Assembly (NCBI GenBank): GCA_043228905.1
Contig: JBHGNT010000164.1
Coordinates: forward strand, 1 to 62,684
Source of the DNA: Azolla caroliniana
Taxonomy: Eukaryota; Plantae; Polypodiophyta
Direction of reading: 5' to 3'
DNA: 62,684 nucleotides
Positions 13,844 through 26,514 of the stretch are shown here, piece after piece; positions within the stretch are counted from its first letter, which is position 1, and each line of letters opens with the position of its first letter. The position numbers and the translations under genes are program-made. The notes beneath the pieces are model-generated. The model was not told where the DNA came from. It searched no databases and worked only from the letters and a program-made list of their open reading frames with translations.

Positions 13844-16314
13844 CAGTGTTGGGCAAAGTCCCAGGAACAGTGTCAGCCTTCCGGTTGCATTGGGACTTTT
13901 GCCGGCCAAGGTGGGGGAATGCCGGAATTGATTCCGGCCAGGTTATCCTACCAACAGGAATCTAGCCGGTTGATATTTTTTCAACCGGCTAGTTATATAG
14001 TTTTTTAAAAATATAGGTATGTATATATAACAAATATATAGATTTAACTTTCCCCCTCTTTCCCCCTCTTTCCCCCTTTCTTCCCTCTCGACTCTGCAAA
14101 TAGTCACGTTTCTTGATCCCTGTTCACTATTTGCTTTCGTCTTCGTCTTCTGCTCCTTCTTCTTCTTCTTCTGCTTCATCTGCCCCTCCTGGAACAGACT
14201 ACGTCACTCTCTTTCAACCTTCATATGGAAATGCTCTAACTGGACTTGGTGCTTACACTCCAGGTATTCTCCATCATTCCCTTACAGAACTTTCTGCGGG
14301 AAATTTCCTTTGTTTTCTCTTCATCAGGTCGATTTTTTTTACTTCTCTTCTCGAATTTCTGTGTATAATTTTGTTTGTGACGTAGAACTGTGGTGACTCA
14401 GATGTGCATATCCATGCATTACATATAAGGTATATACAAAACCATCATAAAAAAAATAGCATGCAACATAGCTAAATATAGTTCAAACTATAACCCAAGG
14501 TCCTTTGCAAACTTCAATATAGAGAGGTAATTCAGTTGTTGAGATCTCGCTAGACTTAGTGATGACCAACTAATGGAATTGTATGATTGATTGGGTTTTG
14601 GAGGGCTTTAATTGATCTTTCAATGTTGGTTAATGACATTAAGGAAAGTAATTCCCCAAACTTTATGTATGATAGGTTCTGGCAAATGTTTCTCCCTTAG
14701 CCAGTGGAATGATGGCCAGATTCATTGACATGAAAAGACAATAAACCCTCGCATTACATAGTCTTGTACAGAGATTAGATACACTAAATGATGCAAGAAT
14801 GAATCCAATGGACAATTTGGAGGCATATTTAGAATAGTGGTGGTGATTAGTGAGGATCATAAGCATATATATGTTGAGATACATTACCCAATGCCCATAG
14901 GCATATATGACATGTTACTCCCATTAATCATGGTTTCATTATATCTGAATTACCCAATGATAGATGGATCATCCAAACTTCCATCCACAGATTACCAAAC
15001 TACCCATTAATCACTAACCATTACCCATTAGAGCTAGATAATGGAGTTCCTTTATACAAACCATTGGATACTAATCATTGATAGTAAAGGGGGAGGGAGG
15101 AGGGGGGAGGGACTTCTTTTCTCTTCATTTCTTGGGCTTACTGCTGAATGTCTTCTTGAACCACTTGAGGAGGCGAGTCGCGCCGTTGCGAGACGGCGGC
15201 TTGGGGCTAATAACATGGTGGTTATGCATCGGCACATTCGAAGATAAGATAGACACGCTTCCGACGCTCTTGCTCCTAGCAAAGTGTCCACCAAGGGGTG
15301 AAGGTGGGCATTGAACTTGAGTAGTAGTAGTAGTAACTGTAGTAGTACCTATGAGTAGATGGATGCCTTTGTGATCTTCTCCCACGGAATGATCATTAGC
15401 ATCACCAATTCCATTGCCATTGATGTGGGCATTACCATAGCCATTGCCATTGCCAATACCATTGCCATTGTAATCCAATGCCCTCTATACAGTCCATTTC
15501 CCTTTTTTATCTTTTACTTCCTAATAGCCTAATCCTAATCTATACATTAGTCATTACCTAATCTCTTTCAAAGCATCAAGCGTGACCCAATGGATTACTA
15601 TCATGATTTAGAATGCCGATCATTAGATAACCTCCCATGATTTGTCACATAAGATTTGTTATATGTCGGTTTATGCTCGTTGTCGTGAAGAGATGAAATG
15701 CAGGATGAAGTGCAAAAGGCCCCTTTGTGAGGCTTATGCAAGCATGTTGATGCCCCATAGGACAAAGTGATTGAAGTACACGCATGGATAAGGCTAATCA
15801 TTTGTATGTTGTTGGTAACTTCAGGACATGACCCTATTGCAGTTCCATTTAGAGACTAATGAGGGGATCCCTTAACTTCACTAAATTGGATAGTAGATGA
15901 CAAAGAGTACTACTACATGCGAAAAAATTATAGTTAGCTCCAATTAATCAAATTGCTTGTCCACTAAGAAGAGAATACCTAAAGTGATCATTAAGATGAC
16001 ATGGGTCACATATGTTCAATTAATCGAATTGCCTGCCCATTGAGAAGAGATATACCAAAACTCATCACCAAGATGACAAGGGTTTAGGGGATGCATGTCT
16101 CTATGTATGTATAATTTTAGAAACACATGTTGTCCTTGGGGAGTTCTTCTTTGAACAAAGTAAAAGGGGATGTTATCGAGACAAAAAATTTCAACATGTT
16201 CCGGTTGACATTGTCGTTGGTAGGAACGTGGCCGGCCAAAATTTTAAAATTCCGGTTAGGTTCATGAGAAGCAGGAAAATTTCCGGTAGGGGCTACAAAC
16301 TTTGCCCAACACTG
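13844..16314. mobile_element. Non-autonomous hAT DNA transposon (2471 bp) with internal gene-like cargo
   Basis: Perfect 16-bp TIR CAGTGTTGGGCAAAGT (13844-13859 and 16299-16314). Exact 8-bp TSD CACATAAC (13836-13843, 16315-16322). CCGG-rich subterminal repeats at both ends. No intact transposase; a possible decayed hAT dimerisation-domain remnant (DPMDYY...) at about 15580-15830 is low confidence. Confidence 0.92.
15125..15530 (-). pseudogene. Gene-like fragment inside the hAT element (putative captured host exon)
   Basis: The 117-codon ORF 15125-15478 has protein-like composition (GNGNG and poly-T linkers, ARSKSVGS, basic amphipathic end RLLKWFKKTFSSKPKK). Upstream in the same frame is DKKGKWTV*RALDY, with one stop. 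It does not resemble a transposase. Confidence 0.5.
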
Positions 16315-16569
16315 CACATAACTAATGAGTTACATATTCCCCATGACTATGAGTCTTCACATTCCCCAAGAGAGAGAGTGGTTATTGTAAGTTAATGAAG
16401 AGAGAGGGTGACTCTATATAAAGCACCCCTCATACTTCATACTAAGTCGGTTGTGACTCCTTGTAATGCTACATTTTTCATTTATCATATTCTCCTTGTT
16501 AATATACATCTCCTTCTTCTTGAGTACTTCATTTTGTCTCTTATCCATCTTGTGTTTCTCTCCTCTCCT

Positions 16570-18292
16570 CTTGGAGTGGGATCCACTAGAGGTATGGTGG
16601 CAGAAACCGGGAACGAACAAACTAGAGGGGTTTTTTTATTATAGTCATAGATTGACACATGCGTGATATTCGCCATATTCTCCATGCGTGATATTCTCAA
16701 TATTCGAGAATACAAAATGGCCCTAAGAATATGTAAAAACCATTCGTTTTGTAAAATAAATATACAAACAATTAATTAATTAATTAATTTAAAAATAAAT
16801 AAATTTAATTCACTAAAAAAAAGAACAATTATTCATTAATAATTTATAAAAATATGATTAGTATAAACTCTCCTTTCTAGTGTCAAATAAAAAAAGAGGA
16901 GAGTTTATGAACCTTTATTTTATTTAAATAATTGATTTTTTTATTTTAAAAAAACGAATATTTTTTTATTTACTATGAAAACATGATTAATGTGAAGTCT
17001 CAATTTTAATGTCACGTAAAAATATCCATAAATTTTGGGAAAAGAAAAGGTGAAGAATTAATGAACCTTTATTTTATTTTATTTATTTATTAAAAATAAA
17101 GCAAAAAATTATTTAATTTAATTTATTTATTTGGTAAAGAATCAAGATCTCCAATGAAAATTTATTACTGTCAAGTCTCTCTCAACTATCTATTTTATTA
17201 TCCCCTTTTTATTGTCAAGTCCCCCTTTTTTTCCTTTTTTTTTTAAACGAATACTTGACCACACGAATGTATGCGTATTCGTTTGCATTCGAATGGAAAA
17301 TCCCACGAATGTGAATATTTCAATTTATGATTATAGTACTAAGCTTGGAAGGCAGATCATTGGCTCCAAATCAGTGGGCGCTGCTCAGACTCGCAATAGC
17401 TGGAGGGATAAAGGCATATCAGATGACTTGTTGAAGTCATTTTGGAGGAGACTCTGGGCATCAGATATGCTAGAAAAAATAAAGGTGTGGTTTTGGCTTC
17501 TTAGTCATAAGGTGTTACCCGTAGGGGAGTGGATGAGGTCTTGTGGTGGGGAGGTTGGTTGTACGTTATGTGGTCACTCTTTGGAATCGATACCTCACTG
17601 TTTTTGGAACTGTGCAAAGGCAATCAACATTTGGGGTCGAAGTCTCGGGATAATGGTAGTATGTGGTGTGAATAGGAGAGTTGTGTGGGGGTCCTTACAG
17701 GGTTTGAAAATAACTAATGAAGGTTGAGCAGAACATCTAAATCCACATGGTCATGGTTTTATAGTGCAGGGCGGCAGTGTATTCAAATGTGTTGGAGTGG
17801 AACCTGGTACTAACTCTGGTTTTTTTGAGGAGATATGGATGTTGGTGGCATGCTTCTCGGTCTAGCACATTTGGACCAGGCGATGTATGTTTGTTTTTCA
17901 GCAATGAAAACTCCCAAGCGGTGAGGTGTTGCTAAACATTTGGTTCGAGCTGGTATCTTGGTTGTGCGGACAATACAACTCGATTGAAGGGAACTCGGAT
18001 GAAGCAGAAAGGGCTCGATCGAAGTTTTTGCTAAAATGGGGTCATTCTCCTATAATGGTAAATTCAGTGTTAGGGCCTAAATGGAACTACCAAGCACCGA
18101 GATGGTTGTTTCCGCCATTGGCTTCCATGAGTGGACATGAGTTGTAAATATGTGGTCACCATGTACAAAGTGTTAGCGGGATACTTTTGTTGTAAATAGT
18201 AGGGTGGGGATTATGTTGTTTTGATTATGGCTGATCTTTGATGTATTTCTTTTGCTAACTAATGGGAAGTAGTGTTTTTTTGGATAAAAAAA
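16570..18292 (+). mobile_element. 5'-truncated L1-type LINE (ORF2 C-terminus with zf-RVT), interrupted by a hAT MITE
   Basis: LEWDPLEVWWQKPG...FFYYS|TKLGRQ is restored in frame when the MITE and one TSD copy are removed. It continues FWRRLW...KIKVWFWLLSHKVLPVG...CTLC...ESIPHCFWNC (zf-RVT) with stops downstream, and ends in a short A-tract followed by (CA)n. Confidence 0.88.
16646..17329. mobile_element. hAT-type MITE (684 bp)
   Basis: Termini CATAGATTGA / TCAATTTATG (1 mismatch). Exact 8-bp TSD ATTATAGT (16638-16645, 17330-17337). ATTCG/CGAAT subterminal repeats and an AT-rich core. Confidence 0.88.
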
Positions 18293-18311
18293 CACACACA
18301 CACACACACAT

Positions 18312-19163
18312 ATCTTCCGCTACACAAGAATCACCATTGATTCTTTACATGCTCATCCAAAGGAGTAAATAAACCCATCAACTTCTATGTAGTAGATCCA
18401 ATTTGCATTTGAATATTAGAAAGGGTATTTTGTATTACATAATACATTATCTTCCCACACCTTATATTACTAATCAGTAACATTTGTTGATCCATGCACC
18501 TATACATTGTGTTGGGCAAAAATGTTGTTCATGCACCTATAGATTGTGTTGGGCCACGATCTAATTTTGCCCATGCACATCTAGTACGCCTTCCCAACAT
18601 CTACCCTCTTTGGTCAGTCAACTATGAATTCCAAATGAGGGGTTTTCTACAAAATTAAAATTCTCTTAACTAAATCAAGATAAACATCTTTCCATGCATT
18701 AAGAACAGATTGAGCAAATATGTCTTCCCTGTTTGTGGCAATAACCAACTTGTTATGTTCCATAAAAGCCCAGCTAAAACTAGGCCTCCAATTCCCACCA
18801 GTTTTGGGACAAAACTTTTGCAATTCATAAAACAACAATTGTTTCCAAGGTTATGATCCTGGCAACAATTCCCGAATCACCAATTTTGCAATCAAAGCTT
18901 TGGAATGTTGTAATGGATCTATAATCCCTAATCCTCCCTAATCCAATGGCTTAACAATCATGGACCAAGAGACCTTTTCCCTGGCATGGCTTCCATCATT
19001 ACCAGACCACAAATAATTATGGATCAATCTTTGTAACTGTCCCATACATGATTTGGAAAAACTTCAACATGACATAATATACCAGAGGCGAGACAACAAA
19101 ACTCGATTAACTACTATCACTCTACTCGCAAATGGTAGTTTAGCTTTACTCCAAAGTGTTAGA
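18312..19163 (-). mobile_element. L1-type LINE ORF2 fragment (post-RT region), inverted relative to the adjacent LINE 3' part
   Basis: Minus strand reads LTLWSKAKLPFASRVIVVNRVLLSRLWY...LQRLIHNYLWSG...KVSWSMIVKPLD*GGLGIIDP...ALIAKLVIR...PWKQLL...NAWKDV, then after a frameshift KPLIWNS...AWAKLDRGP. The left boundary is approximate. Confidence 0.82.
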
Positions 19164-19887
19164 CCCGGATCCTCAAAAGGTGAATTCTTTTTGGAGGATT
19201 TGGATTTGGAAAGGAGACCAATATCTAGATTAACTTGGGATCATGTAGAATTGTATTGGATGGTGCGGGTGCAAGATCACATAAATATATGTGTCTTTCT
19301 TTCAGTATTCTGTGAAGATTAGTAGAAAAAATATTAGGTGCTAAATCATGGAAAGAACCAATTGCAAATGTATTTTGGAGACGAAATGAACTTTCTCCAC
19401 AACATCTCAAACAATTTTGGAAATGGCTATGGGGTATAAAAATGAGTAGGAAAATTATTTGTGTCTGATTGTTGTTGGTTCATAAAGCTATACTAGTTAA
19501 TGGGTGGTGAAAAGGAAACGTAGACAAGATGTGCCCTTTTGACACGCATTTAATAGAGACTGCTAAACATTGTTTGTGGAGTTGTGGTTTTGCTATGGAC
19601 ATATGGAAACGAATCATAAAATTATTAACTCCAATATATCCTAGAGCAATGTATACATGGGGTGCGGTATTATGGGTGGTGGTACGTGATAAACCTATGG
19701 TATATGAACAAGAGGAGGTTACAGATGCTATTGTGATGAGATATGGTTTGATGGGAAAAGTTTTGATTCCTTTGAATCCACAAATACAAACTAATAAACC
19801 TCAAATATAGCAATTGGTAAGTAGTATTACTATTTGGTATATTTGGAAGGCTCGATGTTTGAAGGTATTTCAAATTGTGACTGAAAG

Positions 19888-20350
19888 TGTTATGTACACA
19901 TAACGTTGGTGAGGGTAGGTCACTAATATTTACATTAGTGAAGGGTATGTTCACTATTATTAAAAAGGGGACTAATGATTGGATAGAATTAATGATATGT
20001 GCATGCACTATCATGATTTAGACAACCAATGAATAGAGAGCCTTTTAGAAAGGCACATCTATTCAAGGGGCCTAGGAAAAGGTATAAATATGAGGCTTAG
20101 CTACCCTCATAGGAATCACGTCGGAAGGCTGCTGTCGTAGACACCGGTGGTGCGGGCTAGGCTTTCGTCTCGACGATCGTGTTTATCTCTTCCAAGGTAT
20201 TAGTCATCCTAATATCCGGCGGTATGGGACGTCGGTGGTAGGTTGGCTATGTCTAGATCATAGCTTGGGGGTGGAACGGGTTCTTCTATCCAATCTATTT
20301 TCTTCCTTTTTACTTGATTTGGTCTATTGATTAGTAATAGACTCTTAACA
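19888..20350 (+). repeat. 5' LTR (463 bp)
   Basis: TGTTATGTAC...CTCTTAACA with an internal TATA-like GGTATAAATA. Differs from the 3' LTR by 5 substitutions and one 8-bp indel by my count. Confidence 0.97.
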
Positions 20351-20351
20351 G

Positions 20352-20363
20352 TGGTATCAGAGC
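20352..20363 (+). promoter_or_regulatory. Primer binding site, tRNA-iMet
   Basis: TGGTATCAGAGC one base after the 5' LTR. Confidence 0.95.
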
Positions 20364-20589
20364 TTTTACTAACAATTTTTTTGTTGTTTTGATGTTTTTT
20401 GCGTATGAGCGAGGGGGATCTAACAAGGCTCGTCATGCTCTTCTCAGGATCAAAACAACACTCTAAACCCGGTATTCTTCTTTTTTGATCTCTTCTCTTT
20501 TTCTATTATGCGTTCTTTATGGTCGAATCAAATTGGTATTACGTTTTATTCTCTTTCTTCCTACCTCCTACTACGCTACGATTTTACTT

Positions 20590-21120
20590 ATTATTATGCA
20601 TCGGGCCGAGCGTGTTTGCACTAATCGCACACCTCAACTCATGGCCTTTTGCATATTGCGATATATATCCCACTCTCTCCTCTCTTGAACTCTTACGATA
20701 ATAATTATTCTTGTGCATTGGGTCGAGCGTGTTTGCTCTAATCGCACACGCTTATCTCATGGCCATTTTGCATATGATGTTGAGTATACCACTCTTCCCC
20801 TCTATTGAGCCATCACTTGGCCGATTCTAAGGGATGATGTGACCTTGACGAGGTGTATGTTGCCTACCTATGCCACTCTACTCTCTATTAAGCCATCAAT
20901 TGGCCGATTTTATGGGATGTTGTGGCCTTGACAAGGTATATGTAGCTTACATATGCCACTTTCCTTTTTAATTAGCCATCAATTGGCCGATTCTAAGGGA
21001 TGATGTGGCCTTGACGAGGTATATGTCACTTACCTATGCCACTTTCCTCTTTAATTAGCCATTACTTGGCCGATTCTAGGGATATGTGGTGGTCTTGAGG
21101 AGGTGCATGTCAACTACCCT
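20590..21120 (+). repeat. Tandem repeats in the retrotransposon leader (about 117 bp x2, then 83 bp x4)
   Basis: GCAT.GGG.CGAGCGTGTTTGC.CTAATCGCACAC at about 20598 and 20715. GCCAT.A.TTGGCCGATT at 20809, 20892, 20975 and 21058. Confidence 0.9.
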
Positions 21121-22103
21121 AGGGTTTCGTATCTTAGGGCATGTTTGATTCCATACACCTAATTGTTGATTATTCTAATTAAATCTTAATTTCATAAGTA
21201 TTGTTTCACTTATATGATTTTCTAGTAATTATTATTTACCCGCCCACAATTAACTCTCCTTTTTCCACTTCCTTTTCATGTATAAAGTATTTACATCGTT
21301 TATTTTTAATGTAACCTTTACGTGTAGACTATTTTTTTCGTATGGAGTGGCTTGTTGAACGATTTTTTTTTCAACGGGTCATCTAGGTTTAACTCTTATC
21401 ATCAAGCCTTAGAAAACGAGTAAAACCATATGAGTTCCCTTATTGATGTTTTACTCATGGATTTGAGTATTACATCTTTGCGCACAACACCGTCATCACT
21501 TGTATCAATTTGTGGCTTATGTCACAATTGTGCAAGTTATAACAATCATATTGGGATGTATATGTGCATACCTTGCACTTCCCATTTATTTGTGACATTG
21601 TTTTTTTCGTAGGTAACACATGGGTTCTTTTTTTTACCCTTGTTTTCGTCACTACTTAACTCTTATGAGTAGTGCCTTATTTTATCATTTTATCATCATG
21701 TTTGCTTATTGCTCGCAAGACTAGAATATTACTTGTGAGTGCACTTGTTTTTTCACGTAATACACTTTCTCGACCATATAATACATGATGGCTTGGCATT
21801 AATATAAGGCTATCTAGGAAATTTCATTGATGTAAGAACCATGGTTGAGCCTCAGGGAGCCGCCATGATTACTCAAGATAGAGATCCGAGAAATACATCT
21901 TAGCTATGTTTTCCCCCATGGTTTTTAAAACACCATAGTGTTACCATAGTTATCGGATCTCGAATCACATCTCATATGTCTAGAGGGGTAAAGACATGAG
22001 ATACTTTCTTGGATAAAGTTCTTTCAATCAAAATTTCAAGCATTCATTTTGCTTGTGTATTTTCTGAACCTCCTTATTTTATTGCATACCCACAGCGTGC
22101 ATC

Positions 22104-25100
22104 ATGGAACAAGTTTTGAACGCAGTTGGAACGATCTCTCCAAATGAGACCTCTCAACCCCAATCCGCATCTCGCACACAAGTTGAGATCACTATTGAGC
22201 AATTGCTCACTACTACCTTGAATCAATTGGCCGAAATGAGACAGGCCAATATGGCATTGGAAAAGAAATTCCAAGAATTAACTATTGAGTCCAAGAAAGA
22301 AGGTGAACCTTCCTTCGTAGTCACGCCTTTCAAGGGAGATAAGAAAGAAAGAACCGAGGAGGCCATTAGCACTTGGCTTGGTCGTTGGGAGTCTCACTTT
22401 GAGCTTCATCCCAAGCCCGATGCAGTAAAAATTGGTTATGTCGGTCGTGAGTTAGGTGGCCGAGCTGCTGCTTGGTGGCGTGGCCTAAGGACCGCAAAAA
22501 ACTTACCCACAACTTGGGAAGGTTTCGTTGATGTTTTTAAGAAACAATTCTTGCAGCCACCTTCTCAAACCGAACAAGCGCAACACTTGCTCACATTGTC
22601 TAGTAAGCCATTTACCTCTCTCGAGGATTATGTGCATCACGCTCGGACCCAGATCCAAAAATCGGGACTTACGGGTGAGAAATGGTTTGTCGCTTGTTTT
22701 TTGAATGGTATTCCCAATGGGGATTATCATTGGATTGTCCATGACAAGGACCCCACAACTTTCGAGGAAGCCGTCAACATTGTGCTGCGATACCATAGGA
22801 CTTCCAAGAAAGACCACAATAAACCTGAGTTCGCCAAAACTCTGAATGTCAAGTTCATTGGGAAACGTAAGCAATCCAGTGACACTCTTGACCGCAACTC
22901 AAAGAAACCGAACCTCTTCTGTGCATATTGCAAGAAGCGGGGCCACACAAAGGATACCTGTCGTCGTCTTGAGAGGAAGTCAATGAACACCCCTCCTCAA
23001 GACAAATCTACGAGTCACACAGGTGAGTCTTTTGATATTGTTGAAGTTCATACCAATCACTTAAGTTTATGTGAATGCACTTTTCCTTCACATTTACTTG
23101 GACCTAATGATTTACTCCGAGCAGTCGGATATATCAATGGAACACAAGCACATTTCTTGTTTGATTCCGGTAGTTCTCACAATTTTCTTAATGATCACTT
23201 TGTGCAGCAAATGGAGCTCCACATAAACGCAAGTGATCATATCTATCAAGTTCACATGGCAAATGGAAACGTTTAATACATCAGTGGTATTGTTTGTCAA
23301 CTGCCAATTCAAATAGATACTTATTTGGAGAAGCTTGACTTTCATGTTATGAAATTACAATCCGCAGATGTCATTTTAGGATATCCTTGGTTTTTTAATA
23401 AAAACCCTTCTTTGTCCATTGATTGGGTTAATCACTCAATCACATTTGAACTTAATAATTGTAAACATTTTATTCAATGTTCCAAACTTCCTTCTCATTC
23501 ACTTGTGTCTTCTAAATCTTTAAGTGAGTATTCTAGTTCATTAATTTATTCGTGTGTAATTGATCCTGCGGTTCAATTTTATTATTTTAATATTGACGCC
23601 ACACAATTACCACATTTTGAGCAACGATTACTCGACTCTATTTTAGAGGATTTTCAAGATGTGTTTCCTACTGAATTACCGCTTACTTTACCACCTAAAC
23701 GTAATGTGGACCATCAAATTGAACTCATCCCTGGGGCTGCTCCTGTGAGCATTCCACCTTACCGACTTAGTCGATTAGAAGAGGATGAGATCGCTAAACA
23801 ACTTAAGGAATACTTGAGTATGGGCCACATTAGGTATAGTAAATCACCTTGGGGTGCGCCAGTTCTATTAGTCAAGAAGAAGGAAGGTTCGTGGCGAATG
23901 TGTATCAATTATCGCCGTTTGAATAAAATGACAATTAAGAATGCATATCCATTACCTCGTGCCGATGATTTGATTGATCGTTTGCACGGGGCTCGATATT
24001 TTACGAAAATTGACTTACGAACTGGTTATCATCAGATTCGCATCGCCGAGGATGATATTCCTAAAACCGCTTTTCGTACGTGCTATGGCCATTATGGGTT
24101 TTTAGTCATGCCGTTTGGGTTGACTGATGCTCCAGCCACATTCCAACAAGCGATGAATGATGTTTTCCGAGATCAACTCGGTGATTTTGTTGTCGTCTTC
24201 TTGGATGATATTTTGATATATAGCCGTACCTTGCAAGATCATGTTCAACATGTTCGATTTGTTTTGCGAAAGTTGCGTGACAACTCTTTCTATGCAAAAC
24301 ATTCAAAATGTGACTTCTTCCAAAAATCTATTGTGTACCTAGGTCATTTAATTACAGAAAATGGCGTTGAAATTGAACCTTCTCGTATTGAAAAGGTTAA
24401 ACTTTGGCCCATTCCTCGTAATATTCGTGAACTTAGATCATTCTTAGGGTTTGTTGGATTTTTACAAAAATAAATTCGTAACTATTCCAAATTGACTACG
24501 CCATTAACTGACCTTTTAAAAGGTCATCCACGTAAGTCTGTCAAACCAATTTCATGGAATGAACAACTTCACAAATCATTTGAGACACTCAAGGAGCATG
24601 TGTGTCAGGCTCCCACTCTTCTATTACCAGACCCTTCTAAGCCTTTCTCAATTGAAACCGATGCTAGTGATTATGCTATTGGTGCCGTTCTTTATCAAGG
24701 TGGTCACCCTATTGCTTTTGAAAGTAAGAAGCTTGATGCTGCTCAATCTCGGTATTCGGTTCAAGAGAAAGAGTTGTTTGCGGTGATACACGCACTTAAA
24801 ACATGGAGGCACTATCTCTATGGAAATAAATTTGTGGTTACAACAGACCATCAATCATTAAAGTATTTTTGTGACCAGCCCGATCTTGTTGGTCGTAAAG
24901 GCCGTTGGGCTGACCTTATGCAAGATTTTGATTTTTCCATACGATATCGCAAGGGTTCTATGAACACCGTTGCTGATGCTCTTAGTCACATTAAAGAAGT
25001 TAACATGCTTAGCTTCACAGAAATAAAATCTGATCTTTTAGATCACCTTCGAGGGAAATACCTTGATGACAGTTATTTCTCAAAATACTGGACGAAAGCC

Positions 25101-26507
25101 GAATCTGGTTTAGATGCCGATACTAGCACCCTACCCTCGAAGGCGACCTTTCACATTACAAACGGTTTGCTCTACCGTAGTGGAAAGGTCTGTGTTCCGG
25201 ATTTACCAAATGTTAAACAGAAATTTTTTCATGAATGTCATGATGCACCATCTGCTGGTCATCCTGGAATACAACGCACACTCGTTCTCATCTCGTGTAC
25301 TTTTTTCTGGCCTAAGATGCGCTCTGACGTGCATAAATACGTAACTCAATGCTTACAATGTCAGATTAATAAGTCGGAACGACTTAAAGCTGCTGGTCTT
25401 TTACATCCCTTAGATATTCCCAACAATAAATGGGAAAGTATCTCGATGGATTTTATTGTTAGTTTACCTCGTACACAGAGGGGTCATGATGCCATATGGG
25501 TTGTCGTTGACAGGCTAACAAAATTAGCTAGATTTATTCCTACAAAAACCACGGTAACTGCTCAACAGTTGGCTTATCAATTTGTTGATGAGTTATTTCG
25601 TTTTTATGGATTACCGATGGATATTGTTAGTGATCGAGATTCCAAGTTTACTAGTGACTTTTGGACTCAGGTCTTTAAGAAACTAGAAACTACGTTGAGC
25701 ATGAGTTCCGCAGATCATCCTCAGTCTGATGGACAAACTGAACGAGTTGATCAAATTATTGAGGACATGCTTCGAGCTTATGTAGCAAAAACCCCTTCTA
25801 AGTGGGAGCAATACCTTCCTATCTTAGAATTTGCCTATAATAGCTCTAAACATACATCCACTGGATATAGTCCTTTTATGTTGATGTATGGTTTTCAGCC
25901 ACGTGCCCCAGTTGATGTCACGATTCATCGTGATACATTAGACAGTACACGCAATTTTTTGCAAGACATGAACCAAATGTTGCATATTGCCAAAGAAAAT
26001 GTCAAGACAGCTCAAGATCGTGCTCGATTTTATGCTGATCAGGATAGACGTCCTCGTGCATTTACTATTGGTCAAAAAGTTTTTTTGCGTGTCCCGACTG
26101 ATTCTACGTCATTATCTACGGGCAAGTGCGCTAAGTTAGCCCCACGATATTGTGGCCCATTTGAAATCCTTAAGCGAGTTGGGTCATCTACTTATCACCT
26201 TGCCTTACCTCGTAACGTTGGTATTCATCCTGTTTTTCACGTCAGTCGTCTAAAACCATTTTTAGGCTTTGGTGATAACACCATCACAATCCAAGATCTT
26301 GTAACATTAGAGGATTTTTCTTACAAACCTCATGTTCCTGAACGAATTCTTGATTCTCGTACTAAACGTTTACGTTCTAAAGAGATTCGGCTATTCAAGA
26401 TCAAATGGATGGATAAACCTATTGATGATGCCACATGGGAACGCGAGCATTCGCTTAAGGCACAATTTCCTCACTTTATATTGCAAGAGTGCAATCTTTT
26501 GAAGTAG
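22104..26507 (+). pseudogene. gag-pol polyprotein of the chromovirus, single frame with two premature stops
   Basis: The three ORFs (22104, 23325, 24492) share one frame, with stops at 23274-23276 and 24471-24473. Motifs: CAYCKKRGHTKDTC knuckle, FLFDSGSSHNF protease, YPLPRADDLID / MPFGL / FLDDILIYS RT, IETDASDYAIGAVL RNase H, HDAPSAGH...CLQC and DDE integrase, and PERILDSR...FKIKW...DATWE chromodomain. Confidence 0.96.
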
Positions 26508-26514
26508 GGGAGTA
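26501..26514 (+). promoter_or_regulatory. Polypurine tract
   Basis: GAAGTAGGGGAGTA directly before the 3' LTR, overlapping the pol stop codon. Confidence 0.88.

Noticed and set aside
16594-16610. TGGTGGCAGAAACC as a primer binding site after an LTR-like region
   Set aside because: It is LINE coding sequence (EVWWQKPG), continuous with ORF2 across the MITE.
23274-23276. Stop after gag as a programmed readthrough site
   Set aside because: The TAA lies inside the protease domain, after DSG, and a second stop occurs late in RT. Point mutations are the simpler explanation.
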